DNA from: Euglena gracilis
Lineage: Eukaryota
Assembly: GCA_039621445.1 (NCBI GenBank)
Contig: CP154954.1
Span: 26,734,954 to 26,798,953, forward strand
Direction: 5' to 3'
DNA length: 64,000 nucleotides
How positions within the stretch are numbered: position 1 is the stretch's first letter; each line of letters begins with the position of its first letter. The notes beneath the pieces are model-generated. The model was not told the origin of the DNA. It searched no databases and saw only the letters and a program-made list of their open reading frames with translations. Below, piece by piece: positions 13,401 to 25,658 of the stretch. The position numbers and the translations under genes were made by a program.

Positions 13401-14109
13401 TTGGCAAAAAAAAAATGTGTCGATTTCGGGGGAAAAGGCTATTCCTTGCATCTTCACACATCGTCCATCCACCCAAAATATAAAACTGCACTTTTCGACT
13501 TCTTAATTTTTGACCCCGTTCGATCCCTGGATCGGCCGTTGGCCGTCCCTGGGGCCTGAAGATCCCTTTGGGGTGGACTTTGAAAATAAAAACCAACCTT
13601 CCCGTCCCTTATTGGCCGCCTTGACATCCCCTGCCCTTGCCCCTGTCTCAGAACATGGTGCCTACCTTAATGGCCACATGTAAGGGAAGTCCCTCTTGAC
13701 CTTTCTTTCAAAATGGAGGGGCATCCACCCTTGGCAATGCCCTTTTGAACTTTTCATGGGTCATGTGGATTGGAACTGCAACACCGCCCCACAGTTTGCT
13801 TACTGAACCACGTCCCATTGTGGCAGTCTTTCAGGGGGGATCATTTGGGGGGTCCACAATGTTCATTTGTCCAAAGGTCATCAAAGTGGGGTGTGAACTC
13901 GGCGAAAGAAATCAATTTTGTGGGCTGCCCAGAGAAAACAGAATTTTAGGCAGCAAGAGGGTATACAAAGCAATATGAGTTTGAATACAGGAAGCGGATG
14001 CTGCCACGCCACCTGGAATGGAAATTTCACTTTTGACAATTCATCTGGGTGATTGTCAAATTGGATTGTCAAATTTCATCAATGTACATGTGTCCCCTCT
14101 GCCTGGGAA

Positions 14110-14390
14110 ACTGTCACCTGACAGGTCGGCCAGTGCTGAGGACCCTGACAGCTTCCTATCATGACAGGTTGGCCAGCACCCAAGACCCTGACAGTTTCCA
14201 AGGAGGGGGGCCTTGACAGTTTCCTGGGGAGGGCATTTTAAGGGAAAATCAATGGAAAAAAAAAGACCCTGACAGGTTGGTCAGCACCAGGGACCCTGAC
14301 AACTTCCTAAACTGACAGGTTGGCCGGTGACGGGGACCCTGACAGTTTCACGAGCAGGACCCTGACAGGTTCTCAGGCATGACAGTTTCC
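14110..14390 (+). repeat. Degenerate tandem repeats of TGACAGGTTGGCCAG / GACCCTGACAGTTTCC
   Basis: The TGACA(G) core recurs about ten times in about 280 bp. Confidence 0.7.
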
Positions 14391-15287
14391 AATGGGAGGG
14401 AGGGAGGTATGTGTGCAATAGGTACGCACGTCCACACCTGCTCCCCCCCAATCTAACAAACGTCCTGGTCCCTGTTCGGATCACAACTTTTGTCACCTGG
14501 AATTTCATATTATGCATGAATATCTGTGCACATATCTGCAGGGGGGGGGGGGGAATGCGCTCGCCCGGCTTGGGAAAAAATGCGGAAAAAGGCGGAGAAA
14601 AATGCGCAAAAAAAATGCGCAAAAATCACGAAAATGCAAAAATTACCCAAAACCATGCAAAAATGGCACCAAATTTGAAGAAATTATGTAGAATAATGAG
14701 GAAAATGTAAGTTTTAAAAAAAGTCGAAAATTTCAAATTTTTGCAAAAAAAATTGCAAAAATGGTCAAAAAATGCGAAAATTTTGGAAAATCACGAAAAA
14801 ATGTGCCAAAAAGCAAAAAAATGCGCTGAAAAAAATGAAAGAATGCGCAAAAAATGCGAAAAAAATGCGCATTTTGGAAAATTTGAAAAAATGCGCAAAA
14901 ACAGCAAAAAAATGCGAAATGCCCCTGTATCTGTATACATTGAAAATAACACATTCTTGGTCTATGCATTGTTGCCAGGCTATTGCTTAAGGTCCCCAGG
15001 AGGGTCACTGGTTAGCCATTTCACTAGACACTGGAAAAAAGGAGCTAGACCAGCCACCCCCCCCCAGGAAAAATTTTTTCTCCAGGAAAGAAATGAAGTT
15101 TTTAATACATTTTTTTGGCTGATTTTGCAAAAATCCCAAAAATGGCCAAAAATGGGCCTGTTTGGCAGGTTTTGGGAGTCCTCCAAAAAATTGCGGCACT
15201 TCGCGCCGGTCACTGTAAAAATTGCTAGCGGACCCCCTCCAGGGAGGTCATTGGGATTTCGCTCGCCAAATTTGGCCTACTGTGAAC

Positions 15288-15583
15288 CAGGCTTCTTTTT
15301 AAGTCCCCCGGGGGGGGGAGGGGGGGGGTCCCCCCCACCCACCCAGGGTGGCGCGGGACCCCCCCCAAGGGGGGGGGGTCCGCCGACCCCCCCAAAATCG
15401 GGCCCCTTAAAGGCAATTTTCAAAAATTTTCGGCACTTCGCGCCGAAAAGGTATACCCAGCGCCTCCGGCGCGGGACCCCCCCCCCCGGGGGGGGGGGGT
15501 CCGGGCCGGGCCCCCCCACCCCCCCCCCACCGACCCCCCCCGGGGGGGGGGGGGGGGGGTCAGGTGACTTAAAAAGAAGCCTG
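15288..15583. mobile_element. hAT-like MITE
   Basis: TIRs CAGGCTTCTTTTTAAGT...ACTTAAAAAGAAGCCTG; perfect 8-bp TSD CTGTGAAC. Confidence 0.9.
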
Positions 15584-18184
15584 CTGTGAACCCTTAAGCA
15601 ATGGACTGATTGTTGCAAGAAAACTGTTGCACATCAAATTTCGAGAATTTGATGCAACCCTTCATTGATATGGTAATTTTTTGAAATGATTGTTGCTTCT
15701 GTGGCATATTGAAGGTTTTCAACAGCAAGCCTTGTCTGCAATTCTTCAAAAGAATTATGCAGCCTTGGGGCATCAACAGCCATAAATATATCTGGCCTCT
15801 GGGTGAGGAACCAACTTTGAAGGAGGCCAAGTTTCCACATGATCGTTAAAAAGGAATATGAGGCTAAACTGTGAGGGAAGATAACAGCCCTGGGTTTGAG
15901 AAAACTGAATGTTGGGCTCATTACAGACGGCAGAGAGGGGAGTGGTCAGCGTTCGGCGGGAACGCTGTAAAAAGGACCCAACGGGTGCCGCTCTACAACA
16001 GAAGGCGCAAAATACTTTAAAAAATGCGGGAGCACCCTTTGTCCGACTCTTCAAAATGGCACACTGACATGTGAACACCCAGGGCTCATGTACCCCCCCC
16101 TTTGCCCACCGACCGGGTTCCTATGACCCCTGACCGGGGGGGGGGGGGGTCATACACGCCACCCAACCCACCACCCCCGACCAGGGGGTGGTCGGACGGC
16201 TGAGTACAAAAACAAAAAAACAACCCAGTTTTCAAAGCCACCTACAACCCCGGCCAGGGTGGTCGTATGTACCCCCGAAACTGTATCCCCCAACTGGGGG
16301 GTGGTCGTTGTTCATGGGTGGTTAGCGGGCAAAGGAAGGAGGTATGGGGGCTGTGGTGAGTTGGGTGGGATGACATTGGAACCTTCAAGAAAATTATGGA
16401 TGACTGCAGAAAAGCTCATACTGAGAACACATTTCCACTGAAGAGGAAAAAATCACCTCAGGCTCAAAGTGCCAATTTTTTCCAAGTTGAAAAAAAATTC
16501 CCAGCAGAACTGGGGGGGAGGGGCAAACTTGGCACGAAGGGTCCCCTTGGGAACAAAAAAAATCATAGGGGAGCTGAGGGAAAAGTTTGGCGTAGAAATC
16601 GGCACCCCCCAGAAAAATGGAAAGGCCTGGTGGGGGGCCAGGGATGGATGGGAAGCCTTGAGGGTCGGACCCCCCCCCCTCCTACTCGAAACTGAGGGAG
16701 GGCCGAAAATTTTTCGATTTCATGGACGGGCAAAGGGCCGGAAATCTGTTTGAAATCGGTCAAAAATCCCTGATTTTTCTTTGAAAATCAATCCAAAAAT
16801 GCTCATTTTTGAAATTTTTTGAACATTTTTTTGGGGGGGGGGAACACCAACACGTCAAAAAGTGGGCAATATGTCCAAAAGTCAGCAAAAGGGGGGGTTT
16901 TGCTCATTTTCCGGCGCTGTGCGCCGGAAGAAAATTTTCTGCTATTTTTGGCACCTGTTAAGGAGGGGTGGTCCGCCCCCCCCTACCACCTTATCCCCCC
17001 AGGGGGGTGGTGGGGACCCCCCCCCCTACCACCTACCTCAATACCGAAGGGCTCCCTGGGGGGGGGACCCCACCCCACAGCGGTCCTTTACAAAATTTAA
17101 AAAAAAAACTCCGCTGTTCCAGCACAGTCAATGGAAAAAAAACCAGGGAAGTGGGCAAGAAAAATTGGTATTTTCCGGCAAGAAGAGGTCGACACCAGGA
17201 AAAAAATAATCCCTGGCATCCTTGGACTATCGCCCATCCACCCAAATCATCAAAAAATGTGCATTTCGGCTTTTGAGTTTTTGACCCCGTTCAAGTCCCA
17301 GTCCAGCCCTTGGTCGGCAGAAAGGGGGGGGGCAGTCCTTAAGAAAACGAAAAAAAACTTTCCTGACCCTTCCGGTTTCAAAGGACCGCCCTGACCCCCC
17401 CCCACACACAGTTCTGTACAGCCCCTGGCAAATTCCGCCAAAAATCAAAAAATACACAAATGCAGAAAAGGCGCTTGTGCCCTCCCCTGCCTTGAGACCC
17501 ATTTGACGAATTATCAGAACGCATTGCGTCATCCATTGGGTGGATCTCAAGGAATCATTATTATTATTTTTTATTAAATTATTTTTCACGGCGGGAGGGG
17601 TCCCAGCTCAGCCCACCCCACGATGGATGGGGGTCCCTCTTTTTTTTCAGTGCGAAGAACTAACATTTTTGGGACAAAATTGACCCCCAAATCCCCTGTC
17701 CCACCCCAGGGGCTGGTTTGGTGCCGACCCCCCCCCCGGGTCCTTAAAAAAAATCTCACACACCTCATCCATTTGATATTATGCATTTGAACCAATTTCT
17801 TTAAAAAAGGGTCGGACCAAAATGAGTTCCATCTGTTTCGACGAAAACCAAATTAAAAAAAAGTGCTGGGGGGATCGCTGGGGGAGGACCTGAACCAAAA
17901 CCTCACAGAATAAAAAACCACCAAAATGAGAAGATGCCTTGTTCAAAAAAAAAAGAAACCCAACATTACACCGCTTCGCAGACGCTCAATCCACCTCCAT
18001 CATTTGCAGCAAAAGGATGAAATGTGAAATGGGGATTCCAATGTACATCAAAAGGACTGGTGTGCTGACCTCCGCTCAGGATATCACCTGACGGCATCCC
18101 ACATACCAACCCCCAAGGGAAACACATCTCTGGATTGCCAATTCTCAGGTAGCAGTCCCCCCAATCCTCTCGACCTGTTGACTT

Positions 18185-18584
18185 CATAGTGGGCATTTTT
18201 TTAAAAAAAACAATGTGTTTCTTGAAGAAGAAAAAACACCAAAAAAAACCATTAAAAAGACAAAAGGGAAATTTCTTTGAAAAAACTCGTTATGAAACAC
18301 CCAAACCATACTCTTTAAGATAAGATACTTTGAATCCTACTAAGTTCAAAAACTGCCAAAACATGGGTCAAAATGCAGAAAAATGCAATTTTATGACGTT
18401 TTTCATGTTTGTGGAAATGAGTTTTTGGCAGAAAATACCCAGAGGTTGCCAAAATGATTGAAAATAAACATATAAAATTTTTTTGTGCAAAACCTCATGG
18501 GCGTTTTTTTGTTTTTTTAATATTGTCAAATTTTAAAAAAGCAAACAAAAAAACAACCTCAATAAAAACAGGCTGCCCACAATG
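18185..18584. mobile_element. MITE with CATAGTGGGCA termini (hAT- or P-like), older copy
   Basis: TIRs CATAGTGGGCA...TGCCCACAATG; degenerate 8-bp TSD GTTGACTT/ATTAACTT. Inverted relative of 29733-30130. Confidence 0.7.
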
Positions 18585-19421
18585 ATTAACTTGTCAAATT
18601 TGAACTCCGTTTGATAACGAACGTGTTGTGAGGATTTCATAAATAATCAGAGCTGGAAGCGGAAGCCACCTTGGGGTGAACACCAGATGACCCTCATCCA
18701 GATAACCCTCATTGCAGGAGGAGGACTCGCAACGGGCATCCAACCTTGAAAAGGATGGTGGTGACCCATTTTGCAGGGAAGCCTTTTTACCCTTCATTTT
18801 CCAGGGAAGCCTTGAGAAAAATTGCAGGAAAACTGCGGGAAAAGAAAGAGGAAAAATGTGTGGGGGAAAACAGAGGGAAAATTGTGGGAATTGCAGCTAT
18901 TTTTGTCAAATTGGTGATTGCTTTGAGATGTTATTGACACTTTTTCCAACAAAAAACCCAGACAAAGGATTTTGTACTTTCTGGAACACACTGATTTCAG
19001 AAATAATTATAAATAATTTGTAAAAATTGGCAAACTTTGGCAAATTGGCAACAAAATATCAAAAAAATGCACCAGGGTTCCCTCATGAAACGCTCAAGGC
19101 ATGGCCGGAACTCACTTCGCCATCCGTTTCAGGTTCATGCGGAAAAATTGTGGAAAAGCTTCAAAAATGGTGGACAACTGCAGAAATTGCGGGAAAATTG
19201 TGGTTATCAATTCCCCACCCCTGCATTTGAACCAACTGAATGTGACCCGAGAGAACCGAAACCCAAAGCCAAAATCGCAGCTTCGCTCACTCCACTCATT
19301 CATTCCACTCATTCCACTCCACTCATTCCCTGCCCAAGCACCCAAGAGTCAAAAAATTCCTCAAAAGGGCCTCATCATGGCGTTGATTTTTTCCCAAGAA
19401 ATTCCGGGAGTCACCCTGGCG

Positions 19422-19548
19422 GAAGATACCTCGGGCCAAGCCAGGGCTTTCAAACCCAAACATTGGCACTTGGGTCTGCCTGGGCGCGGCAGGGGCATAC
19501 GCCGCGTGGGAGAGAGGGCTCGAGTTAGGCCAGATGCCCATCTGTGGT
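19422..19548 (-). CDS. Candidate downstream exon of the CCCH zinc-finger gene (Pro/Ala/Ser-rich)
   Basis: Bounded by CTG-N5|A and |N3-CAG. Phase-compatible with the 20841-20938 exon, giving KQMP|PQMGIWPNSSPLSHAAYAPAAPRQTQVPMFGFESPGLARGIF. No homology support. Confidence 0.4.
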
Positions 19549-19918
19549 TGCGACAGGGTGCAAATCTGCTGTTGGCTCACCAAAAAAAAGGAATGCTGAG
19601 TTCAAGCCATTTTTCTGTGCGAGCTGAGGGGTTGAAAAAAGGTGCTGGTGCAACCCGGGGGGGGGGGTGCAGGATCCCACCGGCTGCCAGGGTGGACCAG
19701 GGTTCGATACAACGGCAGGTGGGGGGTCGATGAGGTGACCGAAAATATTCACCTCCCAAAATCTGCAGAATGCTATTTTGGAGACTTTTGGGGGAAAAAA
19801 ACTGTCAAAAATGCGAAAAATTTTCGGTGGAAAGCACCAGAAGGGGGAAAAAACCGGAAGGAAAAGACCTTTTGGGGTGGGTCCCGGGCAGGGGTTTTTC
19901 AAGACAGGGGGTGTCCGC

Positions 19919-20237
19919 CATGCTTGTGCTTACCAACCGGGGAGGGGAGGGGGGGGGGTGCTATAGGGAGCCTGCCCCTAGCAGGCACACCCCCCGGGGG
20001 GGGGGATAGGGGTCCGGGCCGGACCCAGAAAATTTTCATTGAAAATGGCCTTTTCCGGGCCCCCGGCGCCTTCGGCGCCGGGGTCGGAGGGGGGTGCCTG
20101 CTAGGGGCAGGCACCCCCCAAAACCCTACCCCCCCCCCGGGGGGGGGGGGGGTGGGGTCGGGTGCTATGGGGTGCCTGCCCCTAGCACCCACCCCCCCCC
20201 CCCCCGTGGGGTAGGCACCCGACTAAGCACAAGCCTG
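19919..20237. mobile_element. hAT-like MITE, CA(G/T)GCTTGTGCTTA family
   Basis: TIRs CATGCTTGTGCTTA...TAAGCACAAGCCTG; perfect 8-bp TSD GTGTCCGC. Confidence 0.88.
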
Positions 20238-20840
20238 GTGTCCGCCCTCTCACCTGGTCCAGGAGGAGGGCACCCCTCCACCGAAACCCCTCACACCCTC
20301 CTTGCACCCTTACACCCTACACCCCACTTTTTACACCCTCCTCTAGGGGTTTCCTACTCTAAACAGTGTCAAAAGGCGCAATAGACGACCAGAGACCGTG
20401 GAAAAAATAAAAATTCCACGACACACTCTTCTGATACCTGATTTGGTGGGCACCTCATACAGAAGGTGTTGGAACTTACAGCCAGAATTGATTTTTCTTC
20501 ACATTTTCGGATTTTTTTTTGGAAAAAGCATTTTCTCTTTGGCCCAGTCCAGTTGGGTTGGAACTTTTTTGAGTCAAAAACCCAGGTCAAATCCAAAAAT
20601 ACCTCAAACAGCCAAAAATAATAATTTTAGGCCATTTTTTGCCCCTTTTGAAAGAAAAAAAACAAATGGCGATCTGTGTTATTTTTTTTAGGTCCAGAAA
20701 GTCCTGTGCTCTTTCTTTCATTGAATCTTTCATTGAATAAATAAATAAAAGTTTCCATCAACTGAGGACAAAAAGAAGCCAAGGACGGACCCTTTTTGAA
20801 ACGACATTACAAGTTTGCCCCCCATTGAGGTTGCCTGTCT

Positions 20841-20938
20841 GGCATCTGTTTTGCTGGAGGAAGCCGGGCTGCTGTTCGCTGGCGAGAAAGGTGGTCGGCC
20901 AGCTTGGTTAACGACATGACAGCCGCTTCATTGTCCTC
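20841..20938 (-). CDS. CCCH zinc-finger gene, exon after the finger (3' boundary uncertain)
   Basis: Encodes EDNEAAVMSLTKLADHLSRQRTAARLPPAKQM. Joins in frame to the finger exon to give [13 protein letters not shown]. Copy at 62715-62812. Confidence 0.65.
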
Positions 20939-21614
20939 CCAGCCAGGCTTCTCTTCTCTGACCCCAGGTGGTCCTTGCCCAAAGCACCACCCCCAGGGAG
21001 ATGCGCAAAACCCCCCTTCTCTGTTTTTTTTGGTGGTGGCACGTTTTCGGCGATCCACAGAGACGATGCTTTGCAGCCCGAATATCACAAAAAACACACA
21101 CACAAAATTGAAAAGGGGGCTGATTGGCAGTTCCTGGTCTGAGAGTCCGTGCAGGGGAAAGCAAAAATCTCAGAAACCTCTTTCATGGGTTTTTACCAGT
21201 TTGAAAAACGAAAATTAGGGGCCGGTGTTTTTTTGTCTAAGGGCGAAGCGGGACAAAAAAACATGGACACCTTCGTTGCTGTGTCCATTTGTTTGAGATT
21301 GAGCATTGTCCAGGCTTCTGCTTAAGGGTTCAGCACCCCCTGGAGGGGGGGGGGGCTCAACTGCAGCTTGTCCAAATTTGGCCAGTTGGAATTCTGTTAC
21401 AAAAAAAAACCAGCCCCAACCGAAAACACGAAACAAAGGCGAGAATTGCAGCAGAAAAGAATATCTCTTTGTTTGCCTGACCTGAACATTGATGGTGCCT
21501 GGCCTGAACATTGATGGTGCTTTGACACTCCCCATCCCAAAAACCGACCCCCTCCCAGAAGAGGGGAAACTTTGAAAATGCCAGTGGCGGGGTCACATTC
21601 AAAAAAGCCTGCTC
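20939..21614 (-). other. Nonconventional (non-GT-AG), euglenid-type intron made of a TIR element plus one TSD copy
   Basis: Minus strand reads exon|GAG-CAGGCTT...AAGCCTG-GCTGG|G (N3-CAG ... CTG-N5|R). The TIR element 20944-21611 is flanked by an 8-bp near-direct repeat CTCCCAGC/CTCCCTGC. Extra pairing TGACCCC/GGGGTCA. Removal restores the frame. Copy at 62813-63487. Confidence 0.7.
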
Positions 21615-21809
21615 CCTGCAGCGCATTTCCTTAGCCCCATGGGCATAGACACAGGTGTCCCCGTAAGGGCACTTCCCAGTCTCCTTCCAATTGCGACACA
21701 GGCGCGTCTTGTACTTGTTGTGGTCCACTGAGTGATCATCGTGATGGGTGCCCGAAACCTTGGCGGCCTTTTCATTCCTCTTGGCCTTGGTCTCAGGGTT
21801 GGATACGCC
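21615..21809 (-). CDS. CCCH (C-x8-C-x5-C-x3-H) zinc-finger RNA-binding protein, internal exon
   Basis: Translation ...[32 protein letters not shown] has the TIS11/ZC3H-type KYKTxL lead-in and canonical Cys/His spacing. Confidence 0.88.
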
Positions 21810-22537
21810 CAACCCAGAAGAAACCAGGATTCTTTCCTTGGAAAAAAAAGAGGGTCAAAAATAGGGGGAAATGGCATTTTCTCCGCAAAATTTTGGCTTA
21901 ACAATCTCAACCCAGCTGGATTGGAATTTTTTCCGCCAACTTTTCAGAAGCTGGTTGGACTCCCTGGCTAGCCAATCGGCTAGACACTGGAAAAAAATGG
22001 ACCAGCTAGACCCTCTCCTCCCCCGGGGGGAAGGGGGGTCCCCCCAACTGGAAAAAAATTTCCTCCGGCGCTGTGCGCTGAGGTGGAAATGAGGTTTTTA
22101 ATAGGTTTTTGGCTGATTTTGATCCAAAAATTCCCAAATGGCCAAAAGCAGGCATTTTTGGCCATTTTTGGGGGTCCCAACAAAAATTCAGTGCTTCGCG
22201 CCGGTCACTGGAAAAAAATTTTCCACTGGCTAGCCCTGCTAGCAGACCCCCCCCCCCGGGGGGGTCTGCTAGAAATCCCACTAGCCAAATTTGGACTATT
22301 TCCAGTCCACCCCCCCCCCGGGGGGGGGGGGGTACTACAATCCCTTCAGCAAAAGCCTGGTCAGCCCCTTCTGGTGGCTGCACCACTGCACTGTGATTGG
22401 CAGGCAGGTGACTGTCAGAGGAAATACATCCTTTTTTCTCTAGACTTCGTACCCAGTTTTTGGTTCCAAGGAAGGGGAATTCCCTGGTTTGGCATGCGCC
22501 TCTGATGGTGGTGTTCTTACGACTCGGGGGTCTGGAT

Positions 22538-23239
22538 CATGCTGTTTTTACCAACCCCAGGGGGGGGGGGTCCGGAGTGCCTGCCCAGGCAGGCACTACC
22601 CCAGGGTTCGATATAAGGACAGGTGGGGGGGTGGTCCGGACCCCCCCCCCTGCGGGCCAGGAGGGGGGGGGGGGGGGGGACACCCCCCCCCCACCTAAAC
22701 AGGTGCGCGGTCTGGGTTACCGAAAAATTTTGACACCCCAAAACGACCAAAAGTGCCATTTTGGGCACTTTTTGGGCAAAAAAATGTGCCAAAAATGCAA
22801 AAAATTTTCGGCGCAAAGCGCCGGAGGAAAAAATCGACCCTTTTTGGGGGGGGTCCCGGGAATCCCCCCGAGGGTCGGTCCGGACCCCCCTGGCAGGTGG
22901 GGGGGAGTGGTCCGGACCCCCCCCCTGCGGGCCAGGAGGGGGGGGGGGGGGGGGGCCCCCCCCCCCCCCAAACCATGTACGCCCTCCTTATATCAAACCC
23001 TGCACTACCCCCCCGGGGGGTCGGATTTCGGCCAGTGCCCAGGCACATTCCTTTGAAAATAGGCCATTTTTGGCTCCCCGGCGCCTTTGGCGCCGGGGTT
23101 GTGCCAGGGCACTTTTGGCAGTTTGCCCTACCCCCCCCCCCCGGGGGGGAGTCGGATTTGGAGTGCCTTGGAATGCCTGCCCAGGCAGGCACCCCCCCCC
23201 CGGGGTGGGGTCGGCACCCGACTAAAAAAAAACAGCCTG
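22538..23239. mobile_element. hAT-like MITE (CA(G/T)GCTGTTTTT family) with a nested MITE
   Basis: TIRs CATGCTGTTTTTA...TAAAAAAAAACAGCCTG; TSD GTCTGGAT/GTCTGGAC. Confidence 0.8.
22602..23002. mobile_element. hAT-like MITE (nested)
   Basis: TIRs CAGGGTTCGATATAAGGA...TCCTTATATCAAACCCTG; perfect 8-bp TSD CACTACCC. Confidence 0.88.
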
Positions 23240-23539
23240 GTCTGGACAAACATTCACTTAGTGACCTGGGGGAGCATTCTTCCCAGGCCCAAACCCACCC
23301 CCCCACTCTCTTTTTGAAAACCCACCCACCCACCCACAATCACCGTGGGTCAACCACTCACCCACCCACCCAAAATCCAGCCAAAATTGGCCGAAAATGC
23401 TGGAAAGAATTCTCTGACCCTCTGGGCTCCTGGATCTGGCCTGGGGGGAGGGGGGACAGTGGGCCGACCCCAGGTTGGCCCACTACGACCCTAGGGTCGC
23501 TGGGGTCGACCCCCCAGGCTGTGTAGTGGGGGGGGGGGT

Positions 23540-25658
23540 TCGGTCGGCGGTGCTTGCGCACCTGGGGCGCCAGCTGGGCTCCCTAGGGGTCACCTGGGAA
23601 TTGCCCGCGTCCCAGTCCCCGTTAGGTGGGCGGCCCCTGTGCAGCTCTGCCATGGGCTCCCTCAGGTGGCCGCTGTGGTTGCAGCCAGGACCCGAGAGTG
23701 ACCCGCCTCTTCCGCGGTGGTGCCTGCGACGACACGGTGGATGAAGGGGCGCCGAATTGCCGGCGCCGCGGGCGAGGTGGCCCCAGCTGAACTCGTTGTC
23801 ATTTCGGCTGGGCGCACGGGAGGAGCCGTCCTCCTGTGTTTCAGGGCTGGCTCCCCGGCAGCTGCCCCTGTGCAAGAGCATCTGAACTCGATGTAGCTCC
23901 GGCGGACGGCAGCGCTGGTGCGGCCTGTGATGCTGGACACACAAGGGACAAAAAGTAGGCTTTCCATCGTCCCGAAAAATGGCTGAACCACGTTTCCGAC
24001 ATACCGCCGGAGGTGATGACTTTCACAGGCCAACGCACCTGATGGGAAGGTCGGAGACCTGGGTGGAGAGGGCACTGCATGTCTTTCGGGACGAACCAGG
24101 TCTGCAGCTCGGAGTCTTGCTCTGCTGTGGTTTTCAGCCGCCGCGAAAAGCCTGCCAACAAGGAAGAGGATCTATCCCCAGCGTCGCTGGGGAAGGCGCA
24201 GCCATGGTCAACCTCCCACAAGAGGAGAAGGGCCATCCCGGACTCGCCCTCCTCGGGTGCCACCGGCTTCAGAAACCGGTGGCACCGCAGCCAGGCGGCC
24301 AGGGTGGCGTTTGCTGCAGCTTTTGCGCGCCTGCAGTGCTGGTACCAGCTGTTGGCTGGAGGCACCTCCCCTGCCTTGGGAACTCGGGACAGCAGAGGGG
24401 ACAACGAGGGCGGGGGGTGCAGACACAGGAGGCCCAACACGCAGCCAATGGAGCCGTCACGTTGCTGCACATTCACCCCTGGGGTTGGAAGGACTCACCG
24501 GTGCTGCGTTCGAAGAGAGCCAGCAAGACCTCTACTGAAGACCCAGCAGCTGATGGGCAGGTCTCCGTCTCCTCCTGTAAAAGGACCAGGCGCTCCCGCA
24601 GCCACTTCAGGCGAACGGGGCCACACGATGGGACCATGCTTGTGCTTACCGACCGGGGGGGGGGGGGGGGGGGGGGGCTATAGGGTGCCTGCCCTAGCAG
24701 GCACACCCGGGGGGGACCCAGAAAATTTTCATTGAAAATGGCCTTTTCCAGGCCCCAGCGCCGAAGGCGCCGGGGTCGGAGGGGGGTGCCTGCTAGGGGC
24801 AGGCACCCCCCAAAACCCTACCCCCCCCCCGGGGGGGTCGGATCGGGTGCTATGGGGTGTCTGCCCCTAGCACCCCCCCCCCCGTGGGGTAGGCACCCGA
24901 CTAAGCACAAGCCTGGATGGGACCTGGGATGATGGCAAAGGAGGTGGGGAGACCGCATGAAAAAAGACATTGCGCACATGCGCAACAGTTTTACATTGCG
25001 CATACGCGCAATGGATAACTGTTGTGCGGGCGCAACATTTACCAACAGCAATGTGTAATGGAAGCCCCTGAGCTTGTGACAATCCCTGTGATGTGTTACA
25101 GGTTGCAGTGTGTCGGGGGGCCCTCTCTCCCCAGATGGTGCTACACGGGCCAGGTGAATTTTGGCCCTTTTGTTGCTTTTTTAGGCTCTGAATATTTCCG
25201 TGTTGCCGACGGAGGTGTCCAGAGGTATGTAAACCCCCCAAATAATACCCCCCCCATTGGGATCCGACTTCAGCCGCCAAAATAATACCCCCCCCCGGTT
25301 TCGGGCCAAAACCGGGCGGGCAGGCACCCTCTGCCTGTCACAACTCCGTCACCGTGAGGCGGCGCTCCGGTGGCAGGTGCGAAGGCTGGCGTTGTCCCAG
25401 CACCCATTCCTGGGGTACCAGGCCCAGACCGTCCGGGACACGTTGTGGGGCGGCGGCAATCAGCTCGCAGCGGCGACTCATCCACTTGGCCAGGCGTTCT
25501 GCGAGCAGGCAATGCAAACGAGCGAGGAAGCGCTGGGCATCCGATGGGGACAAGGGGCAGGCAGGTGGGACTCCGGCAACAGTGCAGCTGCGAGGGGATT
25601 GTGGAAGGACGCCACCCAGTCCTCCGGCGGCAAAGGCAGGGAAGGCGGCATTGCTCAC
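23540..25658 (-). pseudogene. GC-rich coding-like remnants, probably the C-terminal part of the decayed LINE ORF
   Basis: Protein-like minus-strand segments (e.g. AAANATLAAWLRCHRFLKP...LLLLWEVDHG; FLARLHCLLAERLAKW) lie downstream of, and in the same orientation as, the RNase H remnant. No diagnostic motif recognised. Confidence 0.35.
24635..24915. mobile_element. hAT-like MITE, CA(G/T)GCTTGTGCTTA family
   Basis: Same TIRs as 19919-20237; perfect 8-bp TSD GATGGGAC. Confidence 0.88.

Larger units (their letters stand above)
1..22127 (+). repeat. Long direct segmental repeat, copy 1 (left end cut by the window)
   Basis: Position 1 GCCACATGCC... recurs at 41919 and stays colinear to the window end (64000 corresponds to about 22127). 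Differences are mostly homopolymer lengths, plus scattered SNPs and small indels. Confidence 0.97.

Noticed and set aside
14741-15589. 282-aa Lys/Pro/Gly-rich ORF
   Set aside because: It translates A-rich repeats and a TSD-flanked MITE, and is frameshifted in the second copy.
21357-21614. C-terminal part of the 151-aa CCCH ORF as given in the ORF track
   Set aside because: After KEMRCR the frame runs into a TIR-bounded element; it is better explained as intron read-through.
21312-22359. Pack-type element capturing the CCCH exon between inverted CAGGCTT(C/T)TGCT ends
   Set aside because: The flanks show no matching 8-bp TSD; more likely two independent MITE ends in adjacent introns.
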